DNA of 60,828 bases, counting the filler, from Jimgerdemannia flammicorona (lineage: Eukaryota), in NCBI GenBank assembly GCA_003990765.1. It is 2 parts of 2 records of this genome, joined end to end, with 100 filler letters (N's around TTAATTAATTAA, not from the genome) between each part and the next. Parts side by side here need not be neighbours in the genome. Positions count along the whole stretch, not along the records: positions 1 to 30,391 come from RBNJ01000446.1; 1 more part is not named here. One strand, 5' to 3'. The position numbers and the translations under genes are program-made. This document shows, piece after piece, positions 1 through 12,085 of the stretch. The number at the start of each line of letters is the position of its first letter. Position 1 is the first letter of the stretch. Under the pieces are notes generated by a model that searched no databases, was not told the origin of the DNA, and saw only the letters and a list, made by a program, of their open reading frames with translations.

Positions 1-281
1 CCCAATGGCCAGCCCCCACCCCTCAGCGTGTCCGCAAAGCTCCTCCCCTGCTTCTCTCCAGCCCCCCCTCCAGTGCCACTTCCACTGCCGGAGCCACCCT
101 GCCCACTCGAGCCACCGAAGGACCCCATCCCCAATCCATACCCTCTCCTGACAGTCTGCCAGTCGAAGGCCCCAGGTCCACCCGACCTAGTACGCGCGTC
201 GGCTTGCTTGCTGGTTGACATTGCCTTAGTATCTTTTCTCCAATAAATGCTTCGAAAGTGTATTGAAAAGTGCGTGTAACG
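1..281 (-). mobile_element. 5' part (UTR and ORF1 start) of an L1/Tx1-like LINE, continuing off the left edge
   Basis: Reverse complement (gttacac...ggagaaaagatactaaggcaATGtcaaccagc; ATG at 221) parallels the 5' end of the LINE at 45459-45560 (gttacac...ggagaaaagagactagcaacATGgcgactgac). CpGs are largely retained, suggesting a young copy. Confidence 0.75.
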
Positions 282-954
282 TGAATTGTAGTGGAGAGAG
301 ATGATAGTATTCCAAATGTCAGTACAGATATAGTTACAGATCTCAGTAGTCATATTTGTATATATGTTCAGGAGTTGGGATTATTGGTTCAGTTTGTTAT
401 AGTTCTTTATTTTGACATATCTTAGTGCTCAGTATATATACATTCAGTCCTGATTAATAAGATTCTGTTTATATAAATCTTGTTCTGTGACTTTAAATTG
501 ACTCAGCTTTATATATTATGACTTCAGTTTAACTTAGCTTCATGATCATATATGTGATTTCTAGATTTATTAAAGCTTATGTGTGATTTTGATGGCTTGT
601 TCTGAGGGTGACATATAATTTCAGTGACTTGGAGGTTATGTGCTTACAACTCTCCCCTTTTTAGCTTTTGATGTCCTCATTAGGGCCTTCTAATTTTGGT
701 CTAGTATTGTTATACTGTTTGGATGGTCAAAAGTTCAGTAAGGTCTATTTTTTTTAGAAAGTGGCATGCTTATAGTACAGTTGCCTAATACATTGGATTC
801 ATATATTAAAGGGTCATGTATTTAATGCTATATACCAGAAGTAATTCTGATATTATTTACTACAGGAGAATTTTCTCTAAGAAATCTTCTTAAATATCTA
901 TATCTCATTTCCCACCAGTGATATAGAGAGAATAGACTGGCTTTCAGTTTTGCT
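282..954 (-). mobile_element. Older fragment of a relative of Gypsy-1: 3' UTR, PPT and start of 3' LTR
   Basis: Colinear with 3200-3815. LTR boundary cttaca ends at 648, followed by PPT complement actctcccctt. Includes the mutated N-terminus of the LTR ORF (MTTEICNYICTDIWN). Confidence 0.85.
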
Positions 955-1050
955 ATTGGCCTCCTCCCACTATGCCCATGCAGGCACAGCAAACTAACTC
1001 AAGGTAGAGGGGATTATAATAGGAGAAAGGGGACTTGGAAGGTTGTCTAC
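955..1050 (-). repeat. 5'-head fragment of the 1.2-kb retroposon (left part, split by the Gypsy-1 insertion)
   Basis: Matches about 28667-28762; the sequence resumes at 12045-12085 after the LTR element. Confidence 0.85.
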
Positions 1051-1539
1051 TGTAAGAGGGTTACTTTTTAGGGTGACCATTACATAGTTCTGAAGGGTTT
1101 TCTGGATATTCTGGATGTTCTGGAAGACCATTTTCTTTTATGGTCAAGATCAATTTCGTATGGAGTACGTCTTCTATGCTTATTGATTTCAAGATTGGAC
1201 TGACGACTCAACCAAAGTTCTTTCCCGGACTAGTTCTGGATGTTCAGGATTTCTCATATTTCAGGAAGTTCAAGAAACTAAGACCAGCTTAGTTGAATTG
1301 GCATATCGCTACAGACAATACCCAATTAGGAAATTTCATGATGGGGTTAGAAGTAGGACCTAACAGGAAGCAGATTTACTTAAGAGTGGTTTGTGGGTTA
1401 TGGAATAGGTTTATTTGCTATTCATGATATTGCTATACTAGGAGTAGTTATAAGAAGGGGTATTGTGGGGAAGTATTCAGGAATGTTCTTGTATGTTCGA
1501 GTCTGAGATTCTGAGGTCTGGGGGAGGGGGTATTTATAC

Positions 1540-1951
1540 CCTCTTTTCCTTCTCAACCTTCGTTGCAGTACAAGGACATCTCATATCCAACATAGGTCAC
1601 GAAAACATGTGGTTCTCTCGCCCTCGCCACTATGGCAAAGGTTCTCGTCAGTGTTGCGTGTGCTCTCACCAGGCAGGTTTGATCCGCAAGTACAACCTTA
1701 ACATCTGCTGTCAGTGCTTTCGTGAATACGCCAATGATATTGGCTTCCAAAAGAATCGCTAAATTCACTTTTGAATGGCACCCGAAATAAAGATGGCGCA
1801 GGGAAGGAATTTCGCCTTGCAAAAGTGGGGAATACTTCATTGATCAGGACGAAATATGTTCAGACATGTTTATACCGTGAAATATATGTTGCGAAATAAA
1901 TTGTCCCACATGCAGTAATACATATGAAAAAAAAAAAAAAAAAAAAAAAAA
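1540..1951 (+). pseudogene. RPS29: Processed pseudogene of 40S ribosomal protein S29 (uS14); CDS 1592-1762
   Basis: Translates [55 protein letters not shown]. Intronless; start codon ATG>ATA; A25 tail at 1927-1951; 16-bp TSD GAGGGGGTATTTATAC (1524-1539, 1952-1967); absent from the 5' LTR. Confidence 0.97.
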
Positions 1952-2155
1952 GAGGGGGTATTTATACTAGTGAGGGGCTACCTGGACTATGCTAGATATG
2001 GATGTAGCACTAAGTGCTTTGCTGAGTTGGAATGCAGTTATGTAGTATAAGTGTGATCTGACATGTCAAGAGATCATCTGACTGCTGAGTCAGTTCACAG
2101 TCACATCGTACAATACTAATCTAACTATACTATGACTGCTAGGCTATTTATGGGT

Positions 2156-3253
2156 TTAGGTGCTGTCTGGGTAGTCTTTGATGACATCACCATCGATTGC
2201 ATCATCTCTGATAAAGTAGTTGTCTAGGAAGAGTGGTTTGTAGATTACTTCCCCTTGTTCACTGAGGTAATAATACATTGGGACTTCGTCTCCATCCTAC
2301 AGGATAGCATCATCTGTCTCGTAGGCTGGATAAGGTGTTAGTGGACGAAGGATGGGTGTATTGTCTTCGCTTTCGTCAGATTCACTGTCTGCATACCTTC
2401 TATAGGTTACAGCACTATGAGTTGCAGGATTGTAGTAAGCTGGCAGCTGTGGTTTATATCGCTCATACTCAGGTGGTGGTGTAGTTGGTTCGATCTCGAG
2501 GGCTGTCTGGAGGTACAGATTGTGTTCTCCAGTCTCTTCATTGTAGTTGAAGTAATCGGGAGTGAATACAGGTTGGTATTCGTATCAGTGGTCATTGTCC
2601 CAATAAGTCTCGTATGCAGTTATAAACTATTGCAAGTTCATCGGCAAGTTTGGCAGTATGATCAGGGTTGGCAGAGATCCTTGGCTAGAGGTCATGTCAG
2701 CATCAGAGGGATCATTGTCTTCTGCTTCATCTTCATCAAAGTGGATTATATCATAGATATCCTTCATAGCGTATCCGACTTGAGGCATTTGCAGGATATA
2801 GTCATCAGAGTGTGGGAAGGTTCTGTCTGTGGTCTGGACGTATTTGAGATACTTGTGGTTGAGTTCTTGTATCATATCATCGATTTGACCATAGGACAGG
2901 GTAGCAACCATTTCGCTGGTAGTGACTCGGAGGTGGGGAATAAAGGTATTGTACTCATAGAAGAGTTCTCGATGTTTGCGGGTGATGAGCTTCTGGTGTT
3001 GAGACATCTGGGTAATGTCTGTATCATGGTGGTGTTCAACCATGTCTTCCAGGAGGCGGCCAATCTGGTAGTAGCTTGAGATTTGTCCAATTCAGTGGGC
3101 CTCGCTAAGCATGTTCAGGGCATTCCATTGGGCTTCCACGAAGTAGAGAGGTACCAGGCTATGGATATTCATGAGGGGCAGAGGGGGTGTAGCTTGGTTG
3201 ACAATGGCATTCCAAATGTCAGCACGGATGTGGTTGTAGATCTCAGTAGTCAT
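2156..3253 (-). pseudogene. LTR-encoded accessory ORF, 365 aa, unknown function (3' LTR copy)
   Basis: One frame from ATG (MTTEIYNHIRADIWNAIV) to TAA, 1098 nt, no frameshift. Four internal stops; at least two are sense codons in the other LTR. Confidence 0.85.
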
Positions 3254-3964
3254 ATTTGTGTGTTTGGAAGTTGTGGTTATTGTTTGTTTTGGTTCTCTGA
3301 TTCAATGCATCTCGGTGCTTGGTATATATGCATTTGGTCCTGATTGGTAAGATTCTGTTTGTGTAAATCTTGTGTTCTGTGACTTCGTATTGACTCAGCT
3401 TTGTGTGCTGTGACTTCGGTTTGACTCAGCTTCATGATCAAGCAGGTGATTTCCAGATTTGTTCGGAGGTCATGTGAGATTTCAGTGGCTTGGAGGTTGT
3501 ATACTTACAACTCTCCCCTTCTTAGCTTTCAATGTCCTCATCGGGGCCTTCTAATTTGTTCTAGTGTTGTTACACTATTTGGGAGGTCAAAAGTCTGATA
3601 AGGTCTATTTTCTCAGAAAGTGGCATGCTCATAGTACAGTTACCTAATGTGTTAGATTCATATGTTAAAGGGTCATGTATTCAATGCCATGCGCCGGAAG
3701 TGATTCTGACGTCATTCACTGCTGGAGAATTTCCTCTAAGGAATCTTCTTAAATGTCTATGCCTTGTTTCCCACTAGTAGTATAGGGAGAATAGGCTTGC
3801 TTTCAGTTTTGCTATTTTTTCAGAGGTTTGGTATTCTTGTCTTATTTTGCTAAGTTCTTGGTTTGGTTCACAATAATTATAATATTCAGGAGGATAATAT
3901 ATAGTATGTGTAGATGGGTGTGGAATATTTGGTTCTAGTTGTTCAAGGAATCGTATTCCTGAAC

Positions 3965-4102
3965 TAGATTGGTAGTATTCTGAAGGTTGGTCTTGGGTTC
4001 CCAGATTGCATCATGGATTGGGTAACCTTTCCATTTGACAAGGTACTCAGAGTGGCTCTTGTTGCCACATTTGTTGAGAATTTGTTCAACTTCGTATTCT
4101 TC
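3965..4102 (-). other. Chromodomain at the C-terminus of Gypsy-1 integrase
   Basis: EEYEVEQILNK...EYLVKWKGYPIHDAIWEPKTNL. Confidence 0.9.
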
Positions 4103-7100
4103 TTAGTCATTAATGATGACAGGTGCAGGTGGTTTGGTGGTCCAATTTGGAAATAGCTCATCATCACTATCATTGTATTGCTTGAGATGTTGAACATTAA
4201 AGACTGGGTGAATCTTAATGGTGTCCGGTAGTGCCAGTTTGTAGGAGGTTAGAGAGACTTGTGCAATGACTTCAAATGGTCCAATGAACTTGCTGTTTAG
4301 CTTAGTAGATGGTCTGTACTTGAGGTTATCAACTCGGTATCCTCTGATGTCTAGTAGGATGTTTTCTCCAATATCAAAGGTTTCTTCTTGGCAGTGTTGG
4401 TTAATATACTGTGACTGTTGTTCTTGAGCTTGTGATAAATTCTCAATTGCAATCTGGCTTAGATTGCACATTCGGAGTAAGAATTCTTCAATGGCTTTGA
4501 CTGTGGAGGGTTCTTCAGTGGTTTGGATAAGTGTCAAAGGGGTGTTTGGATTTTGTCCAGTATTGGCGAAGAATGGGGTCATTCCAAGAGAGGCTTATTT
4601 GCTATTGTTGTAGGCAAACTCAACTGCGGTGAGGTGTTCATGCCAATCATCTTGTCTGTAGAAAACATAGTTCCTTAGCATTTGTTCCAGAGTTTGGTTC
4701 ATTCTTTCAGTTTGGCCATCAGTTTCTGGGTGAAAGGCTGTGGATAGTACAAGTTTTGTTCCAAGGTGTGCATGGAGGGCTTTTCAAAAGTGGCTGGTGA
4801 ATTTCGGATCTTGGTCACTGACAATGATCTTAGGAAGACCATGAAAGTGGAAGATGTTATCAAACAAGAGTGTGGCTATGTCTGGTGCTATTACAGTAGT
4901 GGTAGTAGGCACAAAGTGGGCTTATTTGCTGAGATAGTCTATAAAGACAACAATTGCATCTTTTCCATTCTTAGTTTGGGGTAGTTATACAATGAAGTCC
5001 ATAGAGATTTGTTCCCAATTTGCAGATGGTACTGGAATAGGGTAGTGTAAGCCAGATTTTGCTAGTGTTGAGGACTTGTTTCATTGGCAGGTATCACAGG
5101 AAGTGATATAGATTTTGAGCTGATCTGCCATGTGGGGCCAATAGAAGTTTTGGGAGATAACTTTATAACATTTATCAAATCCTAAATGTCCAGCTGTAGG
5201 AGCATCATGACATTCAAATAGAATAGTCCTTCGGAGGTCTCAGTTGTTTGGAACATACAGTCTGTCCTTGTAATAGATAGCATTGTCCTTGAGTTGGTAT
5301 TGATTGTACTGGGTATGCTTGTCAGCATCATCATTGTTCAGGATTTCTCAGAGTGCTTGAGCTTCTTTATCATCAACATATGCTATGATGATTTGTTCCC
5401 TGATAGTGTTGGTAACCAAGGTCAGAGTTTGGATAACCTCTTCGATTGGTGGTCTGGAAATTGCATCGGCAATAATATTTTCCTTACCAGGGTGGTACTG
5501 GATTTCATAGTCAAAGTTGGTGAGGACTTTTATCCATCTGGCTTGCTTTTGAGAAAGGGTAGCCTATATCTTGATGTTGACTAATGACTTGTGGTCAGTC
5601 AATATAGTAAAGTGTGCTCCTTCTAGATATGGTCACCATTTGATCAGAGTGTCTACGATGGCTAGCATTTCCTTCTCATGAGTTGTATAGTTGATTTTGG
5701 CATCATTGAACTTATGGGAGTGATAGGCCACAGGGTGTCCTTCTTGCATGAGCACTGCTCCAAGAGCTAGGTCAGAGGCATTAGTAGTGACTTCATATAG
5801 TAGGGCAGGGTTTGCTGCTTGAAATACTGGAGTGGTTATCAAGGCATCCTTCAGTGCTTGAAAGGCGGTATCTTGCTCAGGTCCCCAATTTACAAGATTG
5901 TTGAAGTCTTTCTCTTATTTCATGGTCCAGGGTTGTTCTTGTTTCTTGCTGTGCTTGGTCATTTGGGTGAGGGCAGTAGCGATTTTAGCAAAGTTGGCAA
6001 CAAATCGCCTGTAATAGTTTGCTAATCCCAGAAATGACTGGAGGTCTTTCAGCTTCTTGGGTCTGGGCCAATCCTTGATTGCAGAGATTTTGCTGGGGTC
6101 CACTTTGATTCCATTTGGAGTGACAATGTATCCAAGGAATTGAATTTCTTTCAGAAGAAATTCGCACTTGCTGAGTTTCACAAAGAGTCAGTTTTCTTAG
6201 AGTTTTAGTAGCACTAGTTCAAGGTGTTCAAGATGTTCTTCCAGGGTTTTGCTGAAGACTAGGATATCGTCAATATAGACAACAACGAATTTGTCCAGGT
6301 ATGGATGCAGAATGGTATTCATCAGTGTCTGGAAGGTTGCTGGAGCATTAGTTAAGCCAAAGGGCATAACCAGAAACTCGAAGTATCCATAGCGAGTTCG
6401 GAAAGCTGTCTTGTAGATGTCTTCTTCTTTCATGGCAATTTGTCAGTAACCATTTTGCAGGTCAAAAGAGCTCATGAATTGTGGGTTGGTGAGCCTATTG
6501 AATATTTCATCAATTCTCGGTAGTGGGCAACAGTTCTTGATGGTCTGTTCATTGAGATCGTGGTAGTCAATGCACATTCACAGGTCTCCTCCTTTTTTGA
6601 CAATGAAGAGGACTGGTGCACCATAGGGTGATACGCTGGATCTGATGAATCCTTGTTCTAGGAGTTCATCAATTTCTTTCTTGAGTGCATCAATTTCTCT
6701 CGGAGACATGTAGTAGATTGACTTGAAGGCTGGTTTGGCATCTGGGATAGTCTTGATGGCATGATCTACTGCTTGTTTGGAAGATAGGCCTTTCGGGAGC
6801 TTCTTTGGAAATATGTCTCGGAATTTCTGGAGTAGTGGTCTGACATGGCTGTCAACTTTGGAAAAATCCTCTTCAGAGTTCTCGGGTTCTCCTTTGGATG
6901 GTCAGATGGAGATGGTGAAGAGAGGGCATTTCTTGGCCAATTTCTTGAGTTATAGCTTGTTGATGTGGGTGATCTTTGGTCCGAGGTCTCTAGAGTTGAG
7001 TGGGTCCTTTTTACCTTGTAGTTTGAAGTTGTGGCATCCTTTCTTGATGGTCAGAGAATGGTTTATCCAATCAATCATGGGGTTCTCTTGTTTTAACCAT

Positions 7101-7596
7101 AGGGTCCCAAGGATGATTTCATTGTCAGGAAGTGGTATGATTTAGAGGGTAACATGTACTTGGTAGTTGCCAATTTGGAAGGGTAGATTGTGGACTTCTT
7201 TGCTAATAACATGTGAGGTTCCATCAGCTGTAGCAACTGCTTGAGTTTGCTGTATTGGGGAGGTGAAGACCTTGAGTCTGTTGGCTGTCTCTTCATTAAT
7301 AAAGTTGCCTGAGGCACTACTGTCTATCATAATCTTGACAGGTGCTCCATTGACAAAAGCCTTAAGGGTGAGCAGTTTGTCTGATCCAATGCTGGTGATT
7401 TCAGTTATAGGAGTCTTTCTTCTATTGGTTCTTCTTTGAGCCAGTTTGTTGACACAAGAGAAGCAATCATCAATTATTCAGGAAGAGTACATTCCAATAC
7501 CATGAGGGCATCAGCCACTTGATACATATCCATCTTCGATCTTCTTGTAGAATTGTTCTTCTTTGCTCATGATAGGTTGGGCTGGGGCCTTATTTG

Positions 7597-8010
7597 ATGA
7601 GCCAAATCCTTTGGATCCTCGGATGGTGGGTAGTAGTTCAGGGACTTCCTTAACTATCAGGGTTGACTTGATTTTTTCAAATAGGATCTGGGTGATGCAG
7701 AAGCCAGTAGGGATCTTGAAGGGTGTCTAACTGTGGTTTCGAATGAGGATAATAATTTCGCCTGTGTAATCCTCATCAATGACTCCTCCTTCTACTGAGA
7801 GTCCTTTTAGCGCTAGGCTGCTGCGATAGCATATTCTTCCAATATGTCCTTCAGGGATTTGGATACTAATTCCTATATAGACTTGTTTGACTTCTCGGTT
7901 GGAAACTGTAGCTTCTTCGGCTGTATACAGGTCATATCCGGCTACTTTTTGACTTCCTTTGGTTGGGGCCTTAGCAGTTTGTCTTAGCTTGACAAAGTCC
8001 AGTATTCTGG
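7597..8010 (-). pseudogene. dUTPase domain of Gypsy-1, between Gag knuckle and protease
   Basis: Five dUTPase motifs: AGYDL, RSSLA, GVIDEDYTGEI, ITQI, RGSKGFGSS. Confidence 0.92.
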
Positions 8011-9996
8011 TGGTCAGGTTGTTGAGGTGGTGCAGAGTGGTAACAGTTGCTCATGTTGCTGTTCGGGGTTTTCGGTTTGGGCAGGTACTGGCCATATGTC
8101 CTGTCTTTTGGCAATAGAAACATACTCTACTTCTTCGAAGTTCATTCCTTTCGCCTTCAGTAAGTTTCTTGAAGATACTGGGCTGGGTGGATTCAGGATT
8201 TCTGGGTGTCCAAGAGGTGGATGTGGAGGGAGCTTGGGATGTTTCATGCTTGGGTTCTTCTTTCTTGGTCCAAGTCCTTTCCTTGTTGTTAAATTGTCTT
8301 TGGGGCAGAATTGGTCCAGCTGTTAGGATTCACTTGACCATGGTCTTGATTCTTGCCAGGCACCATTGTTGGTGGTCACAACCAACTGGGTGGCCTTGTT
8401 CTTGAATTTTTCTAGTAAGCTATTCAGGCAGACTGCTCTTGTACTATTTCGTGCTTCGTCATTGGCAATATATCCTAGGCCAACAGTATTCAGGAGTGAC
8501 TCAAGTTTTGTACAGAAGGTTTCAAATTCTTCTTTGCCATGTACATCAAATTTGAGGTTGCGGAGTTTTACTCGAGATTCGGCAATCATGGTTTCACTGT
8601 GGTATTGAGCAATCATGAGTTGTTTGAGTCCAGGGGCTGCAGGATGGGCTCCGTATCCTGGGGCATTATTTGCTGCATTCTGGGCAACTACTGCAGGTCG
8701 GGTATCCCATGTGAGGGGTTTTTCAGGAAGGGTTCACCACCATTCTTCAGCAGGTCCTCGGAAGAATGTAACAACTTGGCGGACATAGGCTATAGTGATA
8801 GCAAAGAGTTGTTCCAGGGTGTGGTCTTGATTGTTTGTCAGAACATGGTCAGCAACTCGCTCATTAGTCCATTGATTGGCTTCAAAGTTGGTGTCAACTA
8901 CACAAATGAAGCTTTGGACTTCTTGTGCAGTACCATTGAAGGTAGGTAGGCTCAGATTTTTAGTAGGTCGGGTCTGTTCAGCTAAGGGAGTGATAGTTGC
9001 TGCCATTATAGCTACTTGGGCTGTGAGATCAAGAATCTGTTGGTTCACTATGTTGATTGCTGGAGGTGGTTGGACTGCTGGTAGTGGTGTTACTGGTACT
9101 ACTTGAGGTACTGGTGCAGAGTATGATGGGGTTCTTTGGGTCTGTGTAAGTTGCTGGAGTAGTAGTTGTAGATCTGGAGTGAGGGCTTGATAGATAGCTG
9201 TTTGTTGCTGTGTAGGTGTATTCTGTCCTGATGGATGTGTGTTTCCTTCAGTGGTATATCTGGGATCGAATTCGGTGAGATACTCCTCCTCTTCTTCAGT
9301 TTGGTCCCCATGTAATTGGGTTTGCTTGGCGTCAAAGTAGACAGAATCAGTTGTGTATCTGATTTCAGATGGACTTAATTCAAGGTCAAGTTCGGGTTCG
9401 ATATTGGTTTCAGATTCAGGTAGGGCTGTAGCAGGGCCTGCTTCAGGTTTGGGGTCAGGTAGTTGGTGAAGGGTTTCTCTTGCTTCTTCTTTGAGGATAT
9501 GGTGGGCCTTGCTGTTCTGGAATCAGTAGTATAAGGCAGTCTTGGTCCTGGTGCAGTGAAAGTCGGTAGAGTTGAGTCACTTGGCTATAGAGGCTTGGGC
9601 TTTATGAGGAACTAAGGCTAGAAAGACTGCTGCTGGTTGTCCTAGGTCGCTTGGATTTGTGGAGCTGATAAAACTCTTGTTGAGAAGAGTAAAGAAGGCT
9701 TCAATAAGACCTTCTTCATCTTGACTTGCTGGGTGTAGTGCAAGTAGTTTGGTGAATAGGGTTTTACCTATTTGCTGGTTTAACTGGAGTACTTCTTTCT
9801 TTGAATGAAGTTTATCCCACTTGTTGCAGGTATGGAGGTCAAATTGTTCTTGTATGTCAGGTTCAATTCTCTCCAGATTGTCAGATGGTTCAGGATAAAT
9901 TCCAGTTCAGAGGTTGGGCTTTATACCAACTTGTAGGAATTCTCAGAAGGGTTTGTAGCAGGATGAGGAAGCATTTTAAAGTGGAATTGGATTGTA

Positions 9997-10010
9997 AACC
10001 GCTGCTACCA
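9997..10010 (-). promoter_or_regulatory. Primer-binding site of Gypsy-1 (TGGTAGCAGCGGTT; likely initiator tRNA-Met)
   Basis: TGG-starting motif 3 nt after the 5' LTR end; tRNA identity inferred from the TGGTAGC start. Confidence 0.8.
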
Positions 10011-10013
10011 AGT

Positions 10014-12044
10014 TATAAGAGGGTTACTTTTTAGGGTGACTATTATGTAGTTCTGAAGGGTTTTCTGGATATTCTGAATATTCTAGAAGACTGTTTTCTT
10101 TTATGGTCAAGATCAATTTCATATGGAGTATGTCCTCTACACTTATTGATTTCAAGATTGGGCTGATGTCTCAACCAAAGTCCTTTCCTGGACTAGTTCT
10201 GGATGTTCAGGATTTCTCATATTTCAGGAAGTTCAAGAAACTAAGACCAGCTTAGTTGAATTGGTGTATTGCTGCAGACAATACCCAATTAGGAAATTTC
10301 ATAACAGGGTTAGGAGTAGGACCTAATAGGAAGCAGATTTACTTAAGAGTAGTTTGTGGTTTATGGAATAGATTTATTTGCTATTCATGATATTGCTATA
10401 CTAGGAGTAGTTATAAGAAGGGGTATTGTGGGGAAGTATTCAGAAATGTTCTTGTGTGTTCGAGTCTGAGATTCTGAGGTCTGGGGGAGGGGGTATTTAT
10501 ACTAGTGAGGGGCTATCTGGACTATGCTAGATATAGATGTAGCACTAAGTGCTTTGCTGAGTTGGAATGCAGTCATATAGTACAAGTGTGATCTGACATG
10601 TCAAGAGATTATCTGACTACTGAGTCAGTTCACAGTCATGTCATACAATGCTAATCTAACTATACTATGACTGCTAGGCTATTTATGGGTTTAGGCACTG
10701 TCTGGATAGTCTTTGATGACATCACCATCGATTGCATCATCTCTGATGAAGTAGTTGTCTAGGAAGAGTGGTTCACAGATTACTTCCCCTTGTTCACTGA
10801 GGTAATAATACATTGGGACTTCGTCTCTATCCCACAGGATAGCATCGTCTGTCTCATAGACTGGATAAGGTATTAGTGGGCGAAGGATGGGTATATTGTC
10901 TTTGCTTTCATTGGATTCACTGTCTGCATACCTTCTATAGGTTACAGTACTATGAGTTGCAGGATTGTAGTAAGCTGGTGGCTGTGGTTCATGTCGCTCA
11001 TACTCAGGTGGTGGTGTAGTTGGTTCGATCTCGAGGGTTGTCTGGAGGTATAGGTTGTGTTCTCCAGTCTCTTCATTGTAGTTGAAGTAATTGGGAGTGA
11101 ATGCAGGTTGGTATTCATGTCAGTGGTCATTGTCTTAATAAGTCTCATATGTAGTTATGAACTATTGCAAGTTCATCGGCAAGTTTGGCAGTGTGATCAG
11201 GGTTGGCAGAGATCCTTGGCTAGAGGTCATGTCAGCATCAGAGAGATCATTGTCTTCTGCTTCATCTTCATCGAAGTGGATTATATCGTAGACGTCCTTC
11301 ATGGTATATCTGACTTGAGGCATTTGCAGGATATAGTCATCAGAGTGTGGGAAGGTTCTGTCTGTGGTCTAGACATATTCAAGGTACTTATGGTTGAGTT
11401 CTTGTATCATGTCATTGATTTGACCATAGGACAGGGTAGTAACCATTTCGCTGATAGTGACTCAGAGGTGGGGAATAAAGGTGTTGTACTCATAGAAGAG
11501 TTCTTGATATTTGCGGGCGATGAGCTTCTGGTGTTGAGACATCTGGGTAATGTCTGTATCATGGTGGTGTTCGATCATGTCTTCCAGGAGGCGACCAATC
11601 TGGTAGTAGCTTGAGATTTGTCCAATTTGGTGGGCCTTGCTAAGTATGTTCAGGGCATTCCATCAGGCTTCCATGAAGTAGAGGGGTACCAGGCTATGGA
11701 TATTCATGAGGGGCAGAGGGGGTGTAGCTCAGTTGACAATGGCATTCCAAATGTCAGCACGGATGTGGTTGTAGATCTCAGTGGTCATGTTTGTGTGTTT
11801 GGAAGTTGTGATTGTTGTTTGTTTTGGTTCTCTGATTCGACGCATCTCGGTGCTTGGTATATATATATTTGGTCCTGATTGGTAAGATTCCATTTGTATA
11901 AATTTTGTGTTCTGTGACTTCATATTGACTCAGCTTTGTGTGCTGTGACTTTGGTTTGACTCAGCTTCGTGATCAAGCAGGTGATTTCCAGATTTTTTCA
12001 GAGGTTATATGAGATTTCAGTGGCTTGGAGGTTGTACACTTACA
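10014..12044 (-). repeat. 5' LTR of Gypsy-1 (2031 bp)
   Basis: Direct repeat of 1051-3509; TATA (gtataaata on the minus strand) at ~10494-10502. Confidence 0.95.
10691..11788 (-). pseudogene. LTR-encoded accessory ORF (5' LTR copy)
   Basis: Same 1098-nt span as 2156-3253, independently mutated. Confidence 0.85.
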
Positions 12045-12085
12045 TCTACTAAACCTTATAACTGGTAAGGTAGCAGAGAAAGGAG
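12045..12085 (-). repeat. Extreme 5' end of the retroposon head fragment (continuation of 955-1050)
   Basis: taaaccttataactggtaaggtagcagagaaaggag matches 28763-28798. Confidence 0.8.

Larger units (their letters stand above)
1051..3509 (-). repeat. 3' LTR of Gypsy-1 (2031 bp plus 428-bp RPS29 insertion)
   Basis: Direct repeat of 10014-12044. The length difference equals retrocopy (412) plus TSD (16). PPT aagaaggggagagt on the minus strand at 3510-3523. Confidence 0.95.
3935..9950 (-). pseudogene. Gypsy-1 gag-pol, decayed (5' limit approximate)
   Basis: Gag LPTFNG (~8940); CFYCQKTGHMASTC knuckle (~8085-8125); protease MIDSSAS (~7320); [15 protein letters not shown] and YIDD (6200-6430); RNase H TNASDLALGAVL; integrase [16 protein letters not shown] motif. 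Confidence 0.92.
1051..12044 (-). mobile_element. Gypsy-1: full-length, decayed Ty3/Gypsy chromovirus
   Basis: LTR pair with tgtaag...cttaca ends; 5-bp TSD TCTAC (1046-1050 and 12045-12049); PBS; PPT; gag-ZnK-dUTPase-PR-RT-RH-IN-chromodomain remnants. Confidence 0.97.

Noticed and set aside
1463..1762. 99-aa N-terminally extended functional RPS29
   Set aside because: The extension is LTR and 5' UTR sequence. The true ATG is mutated and conserved Arg residues are changed to Cys.
2417..3079. Plus-strand 220-aa hydrophobic ORF (and 11057-11614)
   Set aside because: Antisense shadow of the minus-strand LTR ORF, which is the frame with cross-family conservation.
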